In this document: one piece after another, positions 46,952-60,594 of the stretch | Numbering within the stretch: the first letter of the stretch is position 1 | Layout: each line of letters opens with the position of its first letter | Assembly (NCBI GenBank): GCA_051294375.1 | Contig: CM119264.1 | Location: 13,412,813 to 13,476,812 of the forward strand | DNA length: 64,000 nt | Reading direction: 5' to 3' | From: Paraspadella gotoi | Taxonomy: Eukaryota; Animalia; Chaetognatha | The notes under the pieces: generated by a model | Told to the model about the DNA's origin: nothing | Seen by the model: the letters and a program-made list of their open reading frames with translations, nothing else | Databases searched by the model: none | Made by a program: the position numbers and the translations under genes

Positions 46952-47440
46952 GATGAGAGAGGAGAGAGAGAGAGAGAAGAGAAGGGAGATGAATGAACGA
47001 ACTGAATATTTTTTTTTTTAACCTCAGAAACCTTTCCCTTGTTAGGATTGCGTAAGATTTCCACGGGGTTGTAATACACTTTGCTGGTTAGACGAGAGAC
47101 CGCAAGCTACGACAACTACGAACGACGATCCAAAACTGGTTCGGTCCCGTCACAAAGGATCGAGCGCGGGTGAATCGTGTGCACCCAAAAGAACGACCCA
47201 CGACGATCCCCTCGCGTTGCGATCCAACTGTAGAGGCGAAGGAAGTGATCGAGTCCGGATTTTATCCCCGCATCGAAATCGAAAAAGCATAACCAACTTC
47301 TCGTCGTCTTTTTTTTTTCAATTCTCTGATTTGTTCGCTCGGTCCATGTAAATTCTCGGACCAGTATCTTTAAGTCCCTTCGATGCGCATAATTCAAGGT
47401 CTCGAAATCCGTCCTTCAAACGAAAATGCCTTTACAGCCG
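42580..47440 (+). repeat. Indel-rich direct copy of about 37690-42205
   Basis: Colinear with the first copy throughout, with dense 1-2 bp indels, and starts shortly after a 25-N gap. Confidence 0.92.
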
Positions 47441-48757
47441 AAATCAAAAGAAAGGCGGGGCCTTCCCGTCCCGCCACCTTTCCCCCCTGACCTGCCCCGT
47501 CTCCGCCTCCATCGAATTTGCCGAATCCGCCACCTCCTGCCCCTCTCCAGGGTCCCGGACTCCCTTAAAATCTTCGAATCTGATCTTACGTTATGGTTAG
47601 TTTTTTTTTTTTTTTGGATTCGGTATATAAATACTGTTAGATAAGTAATAAGTATTCACTACCATAATTTAGGTAGAACTTGTCATTACAAAATGTTAAT
47701 TTTGTTTCTACCTATCAATGAGTTTTTAAGAAATACGCGAGTAGGCCGAACTGAAGTTCGATTATCTAAGATTATTTAGCTCGCAGAATCGCAATATACT
47801 ATCAAGCAAACGGACTATTTAATTTTGTAAACTGCCCAATGCTTACTAGTCATATTCTCTGTCGGTACGAACTTGTACGCGGCTTCAACAAGAAGAAGAT
47901 GAAAAGAGAATCCTGTTGTCAAATCTTCTTTACAGTTTTCATCAATTAACGCAGAGAGAGAGACAAGTTGAAAAGCGCATCCTAATTTACGACGGCGAAC
48001 AATTGGTTCTTTAAAGAGAAAAGAAACGGCGATGAAAGAAAGGGACCGAAGAGACAAGCGTGAGTGTGAGAACTGAGAAAGAAACGGGAAAAAGGAGAAA
48101 GGGGAAGAGAAAGAAGGCGGTGTTTGGTGAAGGAAAAGAAAATGAAAAAAGGGGGGAAAAAGAAAGAAAAAGGAAGAAAAGAAGGAAAGAAAAAAGAAAG
48201 AAAAAAGAGAGGAAAAAAGGGAAAAAAAAGAAAAAAGAAAGAAAAAAGAAAGAAAAAAGAAAGAAAAGAAAGAAAGAAAAAAAGAAAGAATAAAAGACAA
48301 CATGAATCAAAAAAGAAAGAAACGAAGAGAGACAGGAAAAAAAATGAAGGCTTTAATCAATGAGTTGTGCACTGCACTGCAGTGAGTTGTGCACTGCAAT
48401 GTGCAGCGCACTTTCTCTTTCAATATTCGTCGGAGTGAAGTTAAAGGTGAGGCGCTGGTTGAAGAAAATAGGGAGTGACTCGGGGAAGAAAAAGAAAGGA
48501 CGAATTCCCTCGAAACGCCTTTGACGAGTTCGACACTCCGCCGTCACGGATCACCACCCCCATACCCTCCATCTCCTCGCAATCACATGCCCGTCCACCC
48601 TATCCGGCCGCAGCCCTCGTATCCCCACCATCGCCGACCACCTGCCAATTAGAGAGAGATCCCACCCACTTTATATCTGATATCATTCTCAGAAGGGCGA
48701 GGAGAGGAGGCAGACCGACGACCACGAGAAGAAGGAGAGGGCGAGAAGAGAGAGAGA

Positions 48758-48791
<34 letters not shown>

Positions 48792-50299
48792 CAGGTTGAA
48801 CGAGAGGCGAGGGAGGTTGCTAGGGATAAATTATCTAGTCGCTCGAAAAAAAAAAACATTTTCAGGATTGAGATTTGAAGAGAAAAAAAAAATATCGTCC
48901 AACTAAAACTTACTTTTTTTTTTCTTTCTCACTTCGGCAAAAGGGGTCCGTACTCAGTTTATCACACTCTCTATTGCTTTCTCCCACATCTTAGCTCAAC
49001 ATCTTCCTCTTCCTCCTCCTCCTCCTTCACCGGGCACCTCTGATTTTTCTCCGACGAAACGGAAATCCCCCCGACTCTTCCGCCGCCGAACAGATTCTCT
49101 CTTTCTCTCTCGATCCTCCGCCGCCTCGATCCTCCTCCTCTTCCTCCTCCTCCTCTTCCCTCACCTTTTTCCATAGGGATTCTTCACGCCGCTAGGAGGG
49201 AGATAGAGACGAAATGAGATAGAGAGAGAGAGAGATTATGAGAACGTGCTCAATCCGCGACCGGTTGGAGACCACACCATGAAGACGAATCGACCCGATT
49301 TTCGAGGAAGTTCGATATCTTCGTCGACGCCGGAAGTAAAACACTCGATTTCTACGCATTCGATCGAAATTCGCGATAAAAACTTTTTTTTCTTAAAAAC
49401 GAAATGATTTTTTTTTTTCGGTAAATTTATCTAAAAAAAAACCCGACAACTTATCGGTGGAAACAAATGTGAAAAAACTTGGGGATTTCAGATAAAGGCG
49501 TTTTAAAAGATGACCGCGACGACATCTTTAAACTAAAAAAAAAAAGAGAACAAAAAAAAACAAAACAAAACCAAAACCACGAGAGCCTTTTGCCTTTTTT
49601 GAATGCGTCTCGGCTTTGCCTTTCATCCCTTCTTTCATCACAAAGAGAAAAAAAAAAATTCGATGCCAAGAAAATAAGCGAAAAAAGGAATGATTTTCGA
49701 GGAGACGGTCGCCGCCCCCTGGGTTGTCCGCGGCGGCGTCTGCGCCGGCGTCGGCGGAGTCAGCGCTGACATCGTTGAATTTACGCGTCTCTTCTCGGCG
49801 TCTCACTTCCGGTTCGGAATATCGAAACGCGGCTTTGGCGACGTGACGCAATAAAACGAAGGAAACGAATAAGAGAAAGTGAAAAAGAAAAGTAGATGAA
49901 AAAGGAAAAGGAATAAGGAAGAAGAAGGCTCGCCTAATTAAAATAAATAAATAAAAAAAGGGACAACTGAAAGAGATTAGCGCCATAACTGGCGACTTTG
50001 TCACGTGATTAGCTATTCTCTGTCAAGACGTCGTCTATGCTACAAGAGACGTGGCTATTGCGGACCAAGGAGAATCCTCAACGAATAGACGTTGCACCGC
50101 AGAGATTTCTGCGCCCGCGTGGCGGTGTATTCTGCCTTCTTCGCCCTTCATTATTCGCGCTACGCGAAAATCTTCGGGTCGCACGATAATCTCCACGCCA
50201 CCCGCGCCATTCTTCGCGCCATTCTTCGCGCCACGAGAGACTCGTAAGACTTGGAGTCACCGAGCTTGAACCGCGCGGAGACGAAAAAACCCAAAAAGA

Positions 50300-50494
50300 A
50301 TGAATCCCCACGGCGACGTCGTCGTCACAATGTTCCTCGTCCTCTTCCCCGCCAACGTGATCGCGTTGTGGTGGTAAGGGTTGGAGTGGGGAGTGGAGAG
50401 TGGGAGGTGGGGAGTGGGGAGAGCGCAGGAGGGTCAGGTTTAGCTCAGGCGAGGACGGGTAAGGTTGGAGAATATGACGTCAGCTACAACGACA

Positions 50495-50582
<88 letters not shown>

Positions 50583-52479
50583 GATAAAATGCAGTGAACG
50601 AAGCCTCATAGAACGAAAGACTTGGAAATTGAGGCATGCTTCTTAAAATGATACGGACGCCAATGCCGACTTTAATGCCGACTTTAATGCCGACGCCGAC
50701 GCCAATGCCGACCCCAAAGCCGACACCGACGCCGATGCCCATCTGGGCTCCAAAGACGACGCATCTGTAGTTTTCAGAACACTCGTACTTTAGATTCTTT
50801 GAGATCTTTTTTTTAACGGAATAATTTTTTTTAATCCAAGTTACGTTATCCAAGTTACGTTCTCACGGTGTAGGAATTTTCCTTCGAAACTACGTACATT
50901 TGCGCAATTATTTCTGTGCCTAATTAAGAAATATTGTTAGTGTACTAGCTACAAGGGTATTGTATTTAATGATGAAGTTGGGTTCAAAACTGATTTAGAT
51001 CTCGAGGCGAAGGATAGAAAAACAAGTTTAAATCCCTGATCACTTATTGAACAGTAAACAGCGTAGACCTTTCATGAAAATCTTTCACCGCTCTGTCAAA
51101 AGAAAATAAGTCGAAATGAAAAAGCAGAGGAAGAGAGCAAAGGAGTGAAGAAATAGAAGAAAGAAGATTAAAAGTGAGAACAGAATTTAAAAGAAGATAT
51201 TTTGCAAAAAGAATTAAAACGAGATTACAAGAAAAACAGGAGAGAAGAAAAAATATAAATTGAAAAGAAAAAAATCAAAGAGAGAAGAAAAGAAAAGAAA
51301 AGAAAAGAAAAGAAAAGAAAAGAAAAGAAAAGAAAAGAAAAGAAAAGAAAAGAAAAGAAAAGAAAAGAAAAGAATAATATAGGATAGTATAAGATAGAAT
51401 AGGATAGGACTCCAAACCCGTGCCCAAAACCTCCCTTCTCGTTGCAAGATCCTTATTCAACCCCCGCCGCCCTAACAGTCCCCAAATTCCCCACCCCCCT
51501 CATCACCCTCCCCCACCTTCCTCCACGCCATAATCCACGTGACCCTTTTCCTCCGAACCTGAAAGAGGCGGGGGCGGTTTTTTTTTTTTTTTTTTCAACA
51601 CTGAGAAAACATAAAAATCAAAACTAAAATTGAAATGAAACGAATGAGTTCGGGTTTTGATTCGTGTTGTTTTTCTGTTGGGGGAGGAGTCGAGATGTCT
51701 TCAACCCGTCGTGCGTCGTCGTCGTTTTCGTCGTCGTCGTCGTTGCCCCGTGCGAAAACACTCAAAGGTGGTCATGGTAAAAAAAGGGCAACTCACCGGA
51801 ATTGTTTCCAAAAAACAAAAAAAAAAAAAAAATATCGCTCGACACTAGGATTATGATGATCCGAACTCCGGAAATTCTTGCTACTCGTTGGAGAGCCGAG
51901 CTCCCGGGGTAACACGAACGACGTTGTCGTCGTCGACGACGATAAAGAAAAGTCATTCGCTTTCGAACTCAAATCTTCTCGTCGAAATCCCCAAAGGATC
52001 TCCATTCCCAAGGATCTCCCGACAAGGCGGTCCCGGACGAAACCTCGGTCGGCTGAACCGTCGATGCCCGCCTTTTCATATCCCATGCTAATTAAAACGA
52101 GGGATTGATTATAACTGAATAAATAAATAAATAATGATCAAACAAATAAAGTAATCAATAAATTCAGGTTTCAATCAATCACTCTAAGACATTTTTTATA
52201 TTTTGAAACTAAAAATGATTGTGATAAACTATAATAGGGGAAACAAAATAAATCAAAACGCTCAATACACTTTTTAAAGTAGAATTCATAGAGTATCAAT
52301 GATCATTATTCATTATCAAAAATACAATGATAATATTACGATTAAGTCAGAGTTGTCCTGGATTTTCATAAAAGAGATCCGCAACAGACAGCATAAGTAC
52401 GCAGAAAACTTTCGCTCATAATTATACGATCGATATTCATTCTCTCTCTCTCTCTCTCTTCTCTCTCATCTTCATCTCT

Positions 52480-52511
<32 letters not shown>

Positions 52512-55500
52512 CTTTCTTACTCTTTCTCCCAAGTTTTGATTAACTAGACTTCTAGTAATTATTCTCCATACGTTATACTCGGAAATCATTTAAATTGCGT
52601 TGCACGAAGCCATGAGCGTTCATGTTGTTAATTCTAGGAGTAAGCGTCTTATGATAATTATTCTCTGATATCGTAATTGACGTTGTCGTATTATGACATT
52701 TATAACAAACCGATTTTATTCATTCACCCTTACCTCTCACTTCACTTACCGTGTCTTCACCTTACTTCACCCCTTCCATCACTTCACATTACCGTGTCTT
52801 CACTTTCACTTCACCCTTCCCACTTCCTTCACTGTTACGTGTCTTCACTTCACTTCACCCTTCCCTTCACTTCACTTTACCAGTGTCGTCACTTCACTTC
52901 ACCCTTCCCTCACTTCACTACCGTGCTCCATCACTTCTTCACTTCACCCTTCCCTCACTTCACTTACCGTGTCTTCACTTCACTTCACCCTTCCCTCACT
53001 TCACTCTCCCTTCCTTCGTTCGAAAATCTCATGTGCTAAATTAAAAACGAAAGACGTGACAAGCCGACAATTTAATTCCTAATTTATACAACTTTTTAAA
53101 AAAAAATCAAAGAAAAAAGCTGTGGATGAGGCGCGAGAAGGCGGAGTCGCCTGGGACGTGTATGAGTCTCTACGAAGGATGGAGGAGGAGTCCGTCTATA
53201 AGTCAGTGAGACGGGTTTCGGGGAGATGAACGAGGCACGGACGGACAACGGAATGACGTAGGGATGAACCGAAGACCCGGGTTTCGGGGTGAAATAACGA
53301 GCCACGGATTTTCGAGTAGATCCGCTAAAAATATATCTCTCCGCTTGTGTGTTTTTTTTTTTTTTATAGTCGTAGTTTCGTTGACAAATTTAAATGAAAA
53401 AGGATCGATAGAGTAACGCTGAAGCTGACACGGACCTCCATTGAAAAGGAGGTGGACACACAGAGAGACGGACTCAATTTGTTTTAAAAGACGCTTTTTT
53501 AAGGCCGGCGTGGACTCGAACCTGGGACCCCGCGAAGTCAAAGCCGTTTGTCGTCTCATCCGTGGACAGTTCAGCGAGGACTGCGATGCGACACAGTCCC
53601 GTTTCCCCTCTTTCTCACTCTCGGTTTCCAAATTCTCACCCCTCCAGGTTTGCCCCTAAACCCAACAATTTTTTGCTACTCCTACTACTCGCCCCATTCC
53701 CCTCATCGCTCCTCTTCCTGCTCCCCCACTTCCTCCGTCGCCCCCTTCCCAGCCCCATCCCCCTAAAAATCCCCCGCGTCGGCCGAGATCGGTCCCCCAT
53801 AAATTCCCCCGTCAACCGCCGGCGGGAGTCATAAGTCAACTCGCTATGCCCGGCCCCAGGGTGAGAAAAGATCCCGGGGGGAGAAGAACGCGGTGTCCTG
53901 AGGGTTGAGGGAAAGACCCGGGACCTGCGTGCGGGAGAAGCAAAAGGGAATAAAGGAAAGAACTTATGAGATAGAAATTCCGATCTTGAGCAAAAATAGA
54001 ATATATAAATTTTTTTTATTTTATTACGTCTCCGGCATTATGCTGGTTTGGTCAATTTCATCGAAAAGATAAAATATAATATTTTCGTTGGTAGTTTCGG
54101 TTTTGGGCAATTTAAATAATTAAACACTTTGTTTGCTAACATTCACTTTTATATGTCACTTAAGATGCTCGTCTTTTAGACGCGTTTATCCTTTATGTTT
54201 CACCATTTTTTTGCCATGCTATTTTTTTGTCCGCTTCAAATTTAATTTCTCTCCTTCGATTTTATATGCGCGCGGCGAGACCTTTCGATGATTTTAATTT
54301 ATTTAGAACGAAACCCGATATGAATGGATTTTAATTTCAATTCTTTTTTATTATAATTTTTTTTTATTAATGTTTTATAATTTCGGGATGGCGCTGTGGG
54401 TTTTTCAATTTGTCTTTTTTTTTATCAATTTCTATCTAAAACTAAAAGCTGAGGCAGTGGAAGGAGAGAGAGAGAGAGGAGAGAAGAGAGAGAGAGAGAG
54501 AGAGAAGATTTGAGAATGTTTATGAACTCCGAGAGATAAGTTATCCTCACCACCCGCGGCGGTGATTGAAACAACATCCATTTGAGTTAATCGGATTTGT
54601 TAGAATGGATTTTGTTTTGTTGTCGTCAGCGAACGAGGCGAGGTATCGGACACGGGGGCGTCTCCCGTTTAACGAGAACGGAACGAACCCATCACCTTCA
54701 TTGGGCAACTTGAAAGAGTTAAAGGCTTAAAGCGCAGTTAAAGCGAAACTGTCGTTTCCGGGTCTAATCGCAACGAGGGTTGCGAAAGGTCCACTACTTT
54801 TTTTAAAAAAACCGACAATACAATTTCTCGGTTTTCAATTTCTTGCAGGCGTGTGCCTTCAATGAAGGCTTCGTGTCTTTTTTCTTCTTGAGTCAGATCA
54901 GCCTACAAAATCCGAAAAAGCTGTCGCACTTTGAGATATACCGCTCGCTCAAAAAGCTTTCCCTTGGGGCGATAGAGGTACTAGTCTACCCGGGGGAAAA
55001 GATTTTTAAACATATAGGGGTGCTTTTAAATACACATATCTAGGGGTACACCCTAAGGGGCTACATCTTAGTGAATATATTCTTTACCTTGACCTTTACT
55101 CGCGCGCTCCCAATACTAATTCTTTTTGGAACAATAATAGTAACCCCAGACAGGTAAAAAAAGGTTTTCCCCCTGAAAAAAAGAAAAAAGAGAAAACAGG
55201 TAGAGTAACTTTTAAAAACAAAAAAAGGCAGGCTTTTAAAATATATTCTTTACTAAACCCCAAGGGTAAATATTTTTCATACTTAAGGTGCCCCTGGGGA
55301 AGGCAATTTTTGCACGCTAAGGGGATCTGCTAGGGGCTGCCCCCTAAAATCTAAAAAGATTATCCCCCTAGGCCTATCCCTAGGTATGACCCCCCGCGGT
55401 GTCGCCCTAGCTACCCGCCAGGAGGAAGGCTTTTTATTCTGCACGGTTATACTTCGCGCACTTTTGTCTCACTCAATTCCCCCGATTCTCCGCTAGGCCG

Positions 55501-55733
55501 TCGGATCTCCTCTCGTTCTCAGACCGCAGAATCGGATTTGCCGGAAAGCCAGACGAGTTTCCGGAAAACAACGAGAGATTTGCCGGAAGGGAGCCGGACA
55601 TAGTTGCGGTGAGGATGGGAAGGGAGAGGCGGAGCGTGGGATAGAAGAGGAGTTGAGAAGAAAGAAGAAAGAAATATAAATAAATAAATAACTTAAAAAT
55701 AAATAAGATAAATAAATAAATAAATAAAAAATA

Positions 55734-55765
<32 letters not shown>

Positions 55766-56721
55766 AAAGAAAAAGAAAGAAAGAATATAGAATAAATAGA
55801 ATAACTAAAATAAATAAATAGATAAATAAGAAAGAAGAAGACAGAGGCAATTTTGTAATTTGCTTTCCACAGGAAGGTGGTGAAGGAGCGAGGCTGGGGA
55901 CACACGAATGCCATTTCAATTCCACAATCGCCGATGGAACTGTTCCACCAAGGGCACACGTTTGGCAAGGTATTGCAACAAGGTAGGAATCCAAACGTTG
56001 CTTAATTATTGATGCGGATTGTTGATTCAATAAAAATTGTTTTACTCACTATCAGATCGATAATTCCTTCACAGTTATGTCATTTTCTTTAATAAAACAT
56101 ATAAATTACTGGGAATTAGAATAATGAGTGTAAATCGCATAATCATGATAATGAATTTAATGATAGCCCCGTACATCAATCATTTTTATTTTCCGAGGCC
56201 ATTACTGAGGCGTGCCGAATTGTTATTTTCAAAAATTTTGAAGGAAAAGATATTTGATAAATGCTATTTGATTTTATTTAATAAAAGGAAAGTTTAGTAT
56301 CGAAAATATCGTCGTCGTTCTTGATTACGCCGCGCGACGGCGTAAGCCGTCTCAGCTGTTAAAATTTATATTTTCTTCATTTCTCTATTTTATTCGTTTT
56401 TTTTTCCATTTTCATAAATAAACTTAATTGATAAGCTTTTTCTTCTTCTGCGGCATTTCCCCTCGGTCATAACTGAAGCCGACTGTGCATTTTTTTCACG
56501 GCGCATTCCTCTCCACTGTGCGTTTTTCCCTTGGCTGGAGTGCCCTCTATCTCTGCGATGAAATGAAGGCTTTTGCTTCCCAAGGCTTAAAACTCGAGGC
56601 CGCTCCGCCGTGCGCCGCTTCGGCCGCCGCCACAGGCCGCCCACATCTCTAGTGACAGAGACCGCCTTGTTCCATCGCTAATCCTCCGCCGATTTATTAA
56701 CTGTTCCTCAACATTTTTTTA

Positions 56722-56760
<39 letters not shown>

Positions 56761-59200
56761 TCTCTTCTCTTTTCTTCCGATTATTTATCTCTTCTCGTTA
56801 AATCTGAACGCCTCATTCAACAACATCTTTAAACGAAAGAAGGGATCTCGATGCGCCTAGACATAATCAGTAAGCAGCGAAATTGTTTTTTGTCGTCGTC
56901 GTCGTGTCGTCGTCGTGCGTCGTGTCGTCGTCGCTTAATGATTGATCTCATGCAGTCGACGGAAATCAATGAAAACCTTTGGCTTTTCTCGTTGTTTTCG
57001 TCCTCCTTCCCCAGCTCCTTCTCCTCCTCCTCCTCTTCCTCCCCATCGCTTATTTACCGTCTTGGACCTCACACTTTCGTCCGCCGGATTTCGGGTGAGG
57101 ATCTAGGATCGACTCGCCTTTTCGAGATGTCGGCCGGCGTCGGCGCCGACCCGCAGTCCCGCCGATCGCCCGCGGCCGTTTGACGGTTTTGTTGTTGTTT
57201 GTCGTCGTTGTCGTTACCGCGACTGTTAAGTTACGTTGTTTTTTTGTTTTTTTTTACATAAATTATACGCATGACGATCGAAACTGAAACGAAGCCTCTT
57301 GAACCAAACGCTTCGATATAAAAACGCTCAGTTTGCTCACAGTGCGTCGCTGTTTGTAGACTTAGTCGTCGTCGTCGTCGTCGTCTTTTATGGAAAGATA
57401 TCGTTGGGTGATGGAGTTACATGGTTTTCGAGAGATGTAAACGCTCTGGGCGCAAAAGGGAATTGGCGAGAAGAGAGAAAGAAGGTTCGAAAATTATTTT
57501 TTTTTCTTTTCTTCGGGCGACGGAAATTTTTTTTTATTTCTGTAGAAATTATTATTATTCTATGTTAATTGAGCGTTGACGGTCGAAGGCGAGTCAGCTT
57601 CTTTTCCATTTTAATTTTTGAGTTTCTCTTCTTTCTCTCTGTGAATTGGGAAACCACTTATTTTAAGTGACGACGACCAAGTATATTTTTCATAGTTTTT
57701 TTTTTCATACTTTTTAAAACTGAGTCTGAGTCAATCATTGAAGGATGAATTGAATACTAATTAAATAAAAAGGTTTTGTTTGACAAGAAATTTGAATTAT
57801 CCTTTTCAAGACATCCGTGAGACAGCCTTTGTGAACGCAGTGACGTCAGCCGGTGTCGCGTCTACGCCGTCACAGGCGCCTGCACATTCTGGTCGCCTCT
57901 TGCAGGTCAGCTCCACTTCCTCTTCTATATATGTTTACCATCAAATGGCGGATAAAAAATTAAACTAAGTTTACTAAAACATGCATATAATTTTAAAAAA
58001 AAATAAATTGAAGTTTTTTTGATGAAAAGCATTTCGAATTTTAAATGGATGAAAAATCAGCTTAAATCAGATTCAGCTTAAAATCAGAAGTACATTAGTT
58101 TTTAGGTTCAACTATAAAGATTATGTTACTATTTAGGATTAAGAATTAGGTTAAGGATTCCGATTAAGGATTAAGTTAGGGATTAGGTTTTGGGGTTGGT
58201 TAACGATTAGGGTTAGATATTAGGGTTAAATGAGGCAGTTTAATCTTGGGGTATTTTTTTTTCATATAAAAATTTTTCTCGAGAGTTTGGCTTCTTTGAA
58301 AAAAAGCCTTCAACCAAATGAAACCTCATTAAACAACAGTGCACGTGCGACCACTCTAAGAAGGACGTTCACACCGACGAGAGGTGGGAGTGGGGCGGCT
58401 GCGGCGACAAACGTGGAACTTCGGCTACAAGAAGTCGGCCGCAGTTCATGGACGCTCGACCCAAGAAGAAGAAAAACCACAGGGAGCGACATCAGGACGC
58501 TGCTGCAGCTGCACAATAACGAGGCCGGGAGGCTGGTAAGGCTGGCTGCGTGGTGAAAGGAGTCGAGTTGTCGGGAAGGGAAGCTGGGAAGTCCAAGTGG
58601 CAGCCGGACTGTGTCCGACGTCCATCGTGACGCAATGAAGTTTACACCTTTCTGTCTTTCCTGACATCATAAGGCCGTTCACAACAACATGAGAAAAGAG
58701 TGCAAATGTCACGGGCTCAGCGGATCCTGCACCCTGAAGACTTGTTGGCGGAAGATGCCCTACTTTCGACACTGTGGCGACTCCCCAAATCCCGTTTCGA
58801 CGGAGCCGTCAGGTGAATGGCGAGGGATATATTGATGTTGGGAATTCCTACGCCCCCTCTCACCACCCATCCCCCTCCATCCCCGCAGGTGACCGGCTCC
58901 AACGACGGGAATCCCTCATCCCCGCCCGCGCCAACATCAACGCCCCACGCCCGAAGATCTTCTCTACACGAGAATCGCCCGACTTTTGCGAGCGCGCAAA
59001 GAAACTCGGCGCCCTCGCACTCACGGCCGCTTCTGTAACGAGACGTCGCCCGGGTCGGCGGCTGCGACCTGCTCTGTTGCGGACGAGGAAGTCGCGGATG
59101 CCGTCACCCTGACGGAGACTGCAAGTGTCGCTTCCACTGGTGCTGCGAAGTCAAATGCGAAAAGTGCGTCAAGAAGGTCACCTTGCACAAGTGTTTGTGA
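50300..59200 (+). CDS. WNT6: Wnt6-like ligand, 7 exons, several single-base frameshifts that are probably sequence errors
   Basis: Exons 50300-50373 ([15 protein letters not shown]), 55497-55608 ([24 protein letters not shown]), 55873-55982 ([25 protein letters not shown]), 57811-57905 ([16 protein letters not shown]), 58340-58535 ([17 protein letters not shown]), 58674-58812 ([21 protein letters not shown]) and 58889-59200 ([26 protein letters not shown]). Confidence 0.9.
52725..53010. repeat. CACTT-based minisatellite, ~38-bp higher-order unit; second copy at 62420-62705
   Basis: Recurrent CACTTCACTTCACCCTTCCCT and TACCGTGTCTT units. Confidence 0.85.
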
Positions 59201-60594
59201 CGCTTTTTTTTCGTGAGAGAGAAAAAGGAACATCGGATGAAAGGGTTTTTTCTAAAAAAAAAAAAAAATAAAAACAAAAACATGAACAAAAAACATTCTA
59301 AGAGGATGGAAATGACGACGAATAAAATGACGCAGAATCAACGACGCCACTGAACCGTTTGAGATTTAAATATCGCGCCACTGAACCCATGTCCCTCTTT
59401 CGAACTCCCTTCGCATCGACGTCTTCAAAATATCTCAATCGCTTGCATTCATCGGAATCTCATCGCAACTCCCGAATTCCATCCTACAACTGCCATCGCC
59501 CTTTTCTCAAAATCACTTTCTTTTTTTTCTTTTTTTTCAGCTTCTCAACTTTTAAATCTCTTTCCCTGTTTTTTCGCAAATTCAATTTGTTTCTACCCAA
59601 ATCGGTGATCACCTGCATCTGCATTCAAGCGGCATCTGGACTGTTTTCAGCGGACGCTTCTCCCCTCCCTTCACGGCCTCGACGCAAAAAAGATGACGGC
59701 GGACACGCCCCCCTACATGTCCCTTATTTGTGGTGCTAGTCTCAAAACCCGCCCCCGACGTCGACTGCTCATCGTATTCCGCCTCTTTTCACTCACTTTT
59801 ACCCCCAAACTTCCAAAGCGCCTCTTTGGCGCCTTTCTACATCGACCTGCGCTTTGCGGCCTTAAAGTTAAGCGTCTTCGGCGCCACATTTTGGTCGCCA
59901 AATAGTAAACTCATTCTAGCGTTTCAGAACAGCACTTTCGTTTTTGTGTTGCCTTTTATAATTATTATTGAAAATAAACAGAATGAGAAATCCTGCCTCA
60001 GTACTTCCCCTCCCCCCCCCTAAAAGAATTCCCTCTGATTACAAAACGGAAAAAGAAAATTCCTTTCCTCGCAATTGGCTGGAACAGGCAGGGCGAAAAA
60101 AAAAAAAAACAACAAATACATGAAGGCCACGAAAACGAACCAACCTATCAAGACAACTTTAGTAAACAAACTAAAACTATCGAACCCGGAAAACAACTTG
60201 ATTTGGTGCCTCATTTCATTTTGTCATTATTTTTCGATGCTCCATATAAAAAGTTCTATACATATTCTTACCATGTACAGTAGTTATGAGTCAAATTTTT
60301 ATTTGGTTTGTCGAATAACAAATGTTTTATTTACTTACAACCGCAATTCTATTTGTTTGCTTAATATATAAAAAAACGGCTGGTTTTGCTCATTTTCTTT
60401 ATTTTTTTTATTTTAGTAAAGTTTCAGACGTCGTTCGTTNNNNNNNNNNNNNNNNNNNNNNNNNGTCGTCGTCGTCGTCGTTTTCGTCGTCGTCGTCGTT
60501 GCCCCGTGCGAAACACGTCAAAGGTGTCATGGTAAAAAAAGGGCAACTCACCGGGAAATTGTTTNNNNNNNNNNNNNNNNNNNNNNNNNAAAAA

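Noticed and set aside
48500-48645. Possible exon of a second Wnt on the minus strand
   Set aside because: An acceptor-like site is present, but there is no Wnt cysteine pattern and no supporting exons.
50655-50742. GV/GI-repeat ORF (50578-50853, minus)
   Set aside because: A 6/12-bp tandem repeat in Wnt6 intron 1 with no coding support.
53503-53575. tRNA gene on the minus strand
   Set aside because: Only a B box (GGTTCGAGTCC) is clear, with no A box or cloverleaf. At most a SINE remnant.
58140-58230. TTAGGG-like repeats as a telomere
   Set aside because: Short, degenerate and intronic. Similar blocks occur inside dispersed repeats at about 1765, 15020 and 22910.
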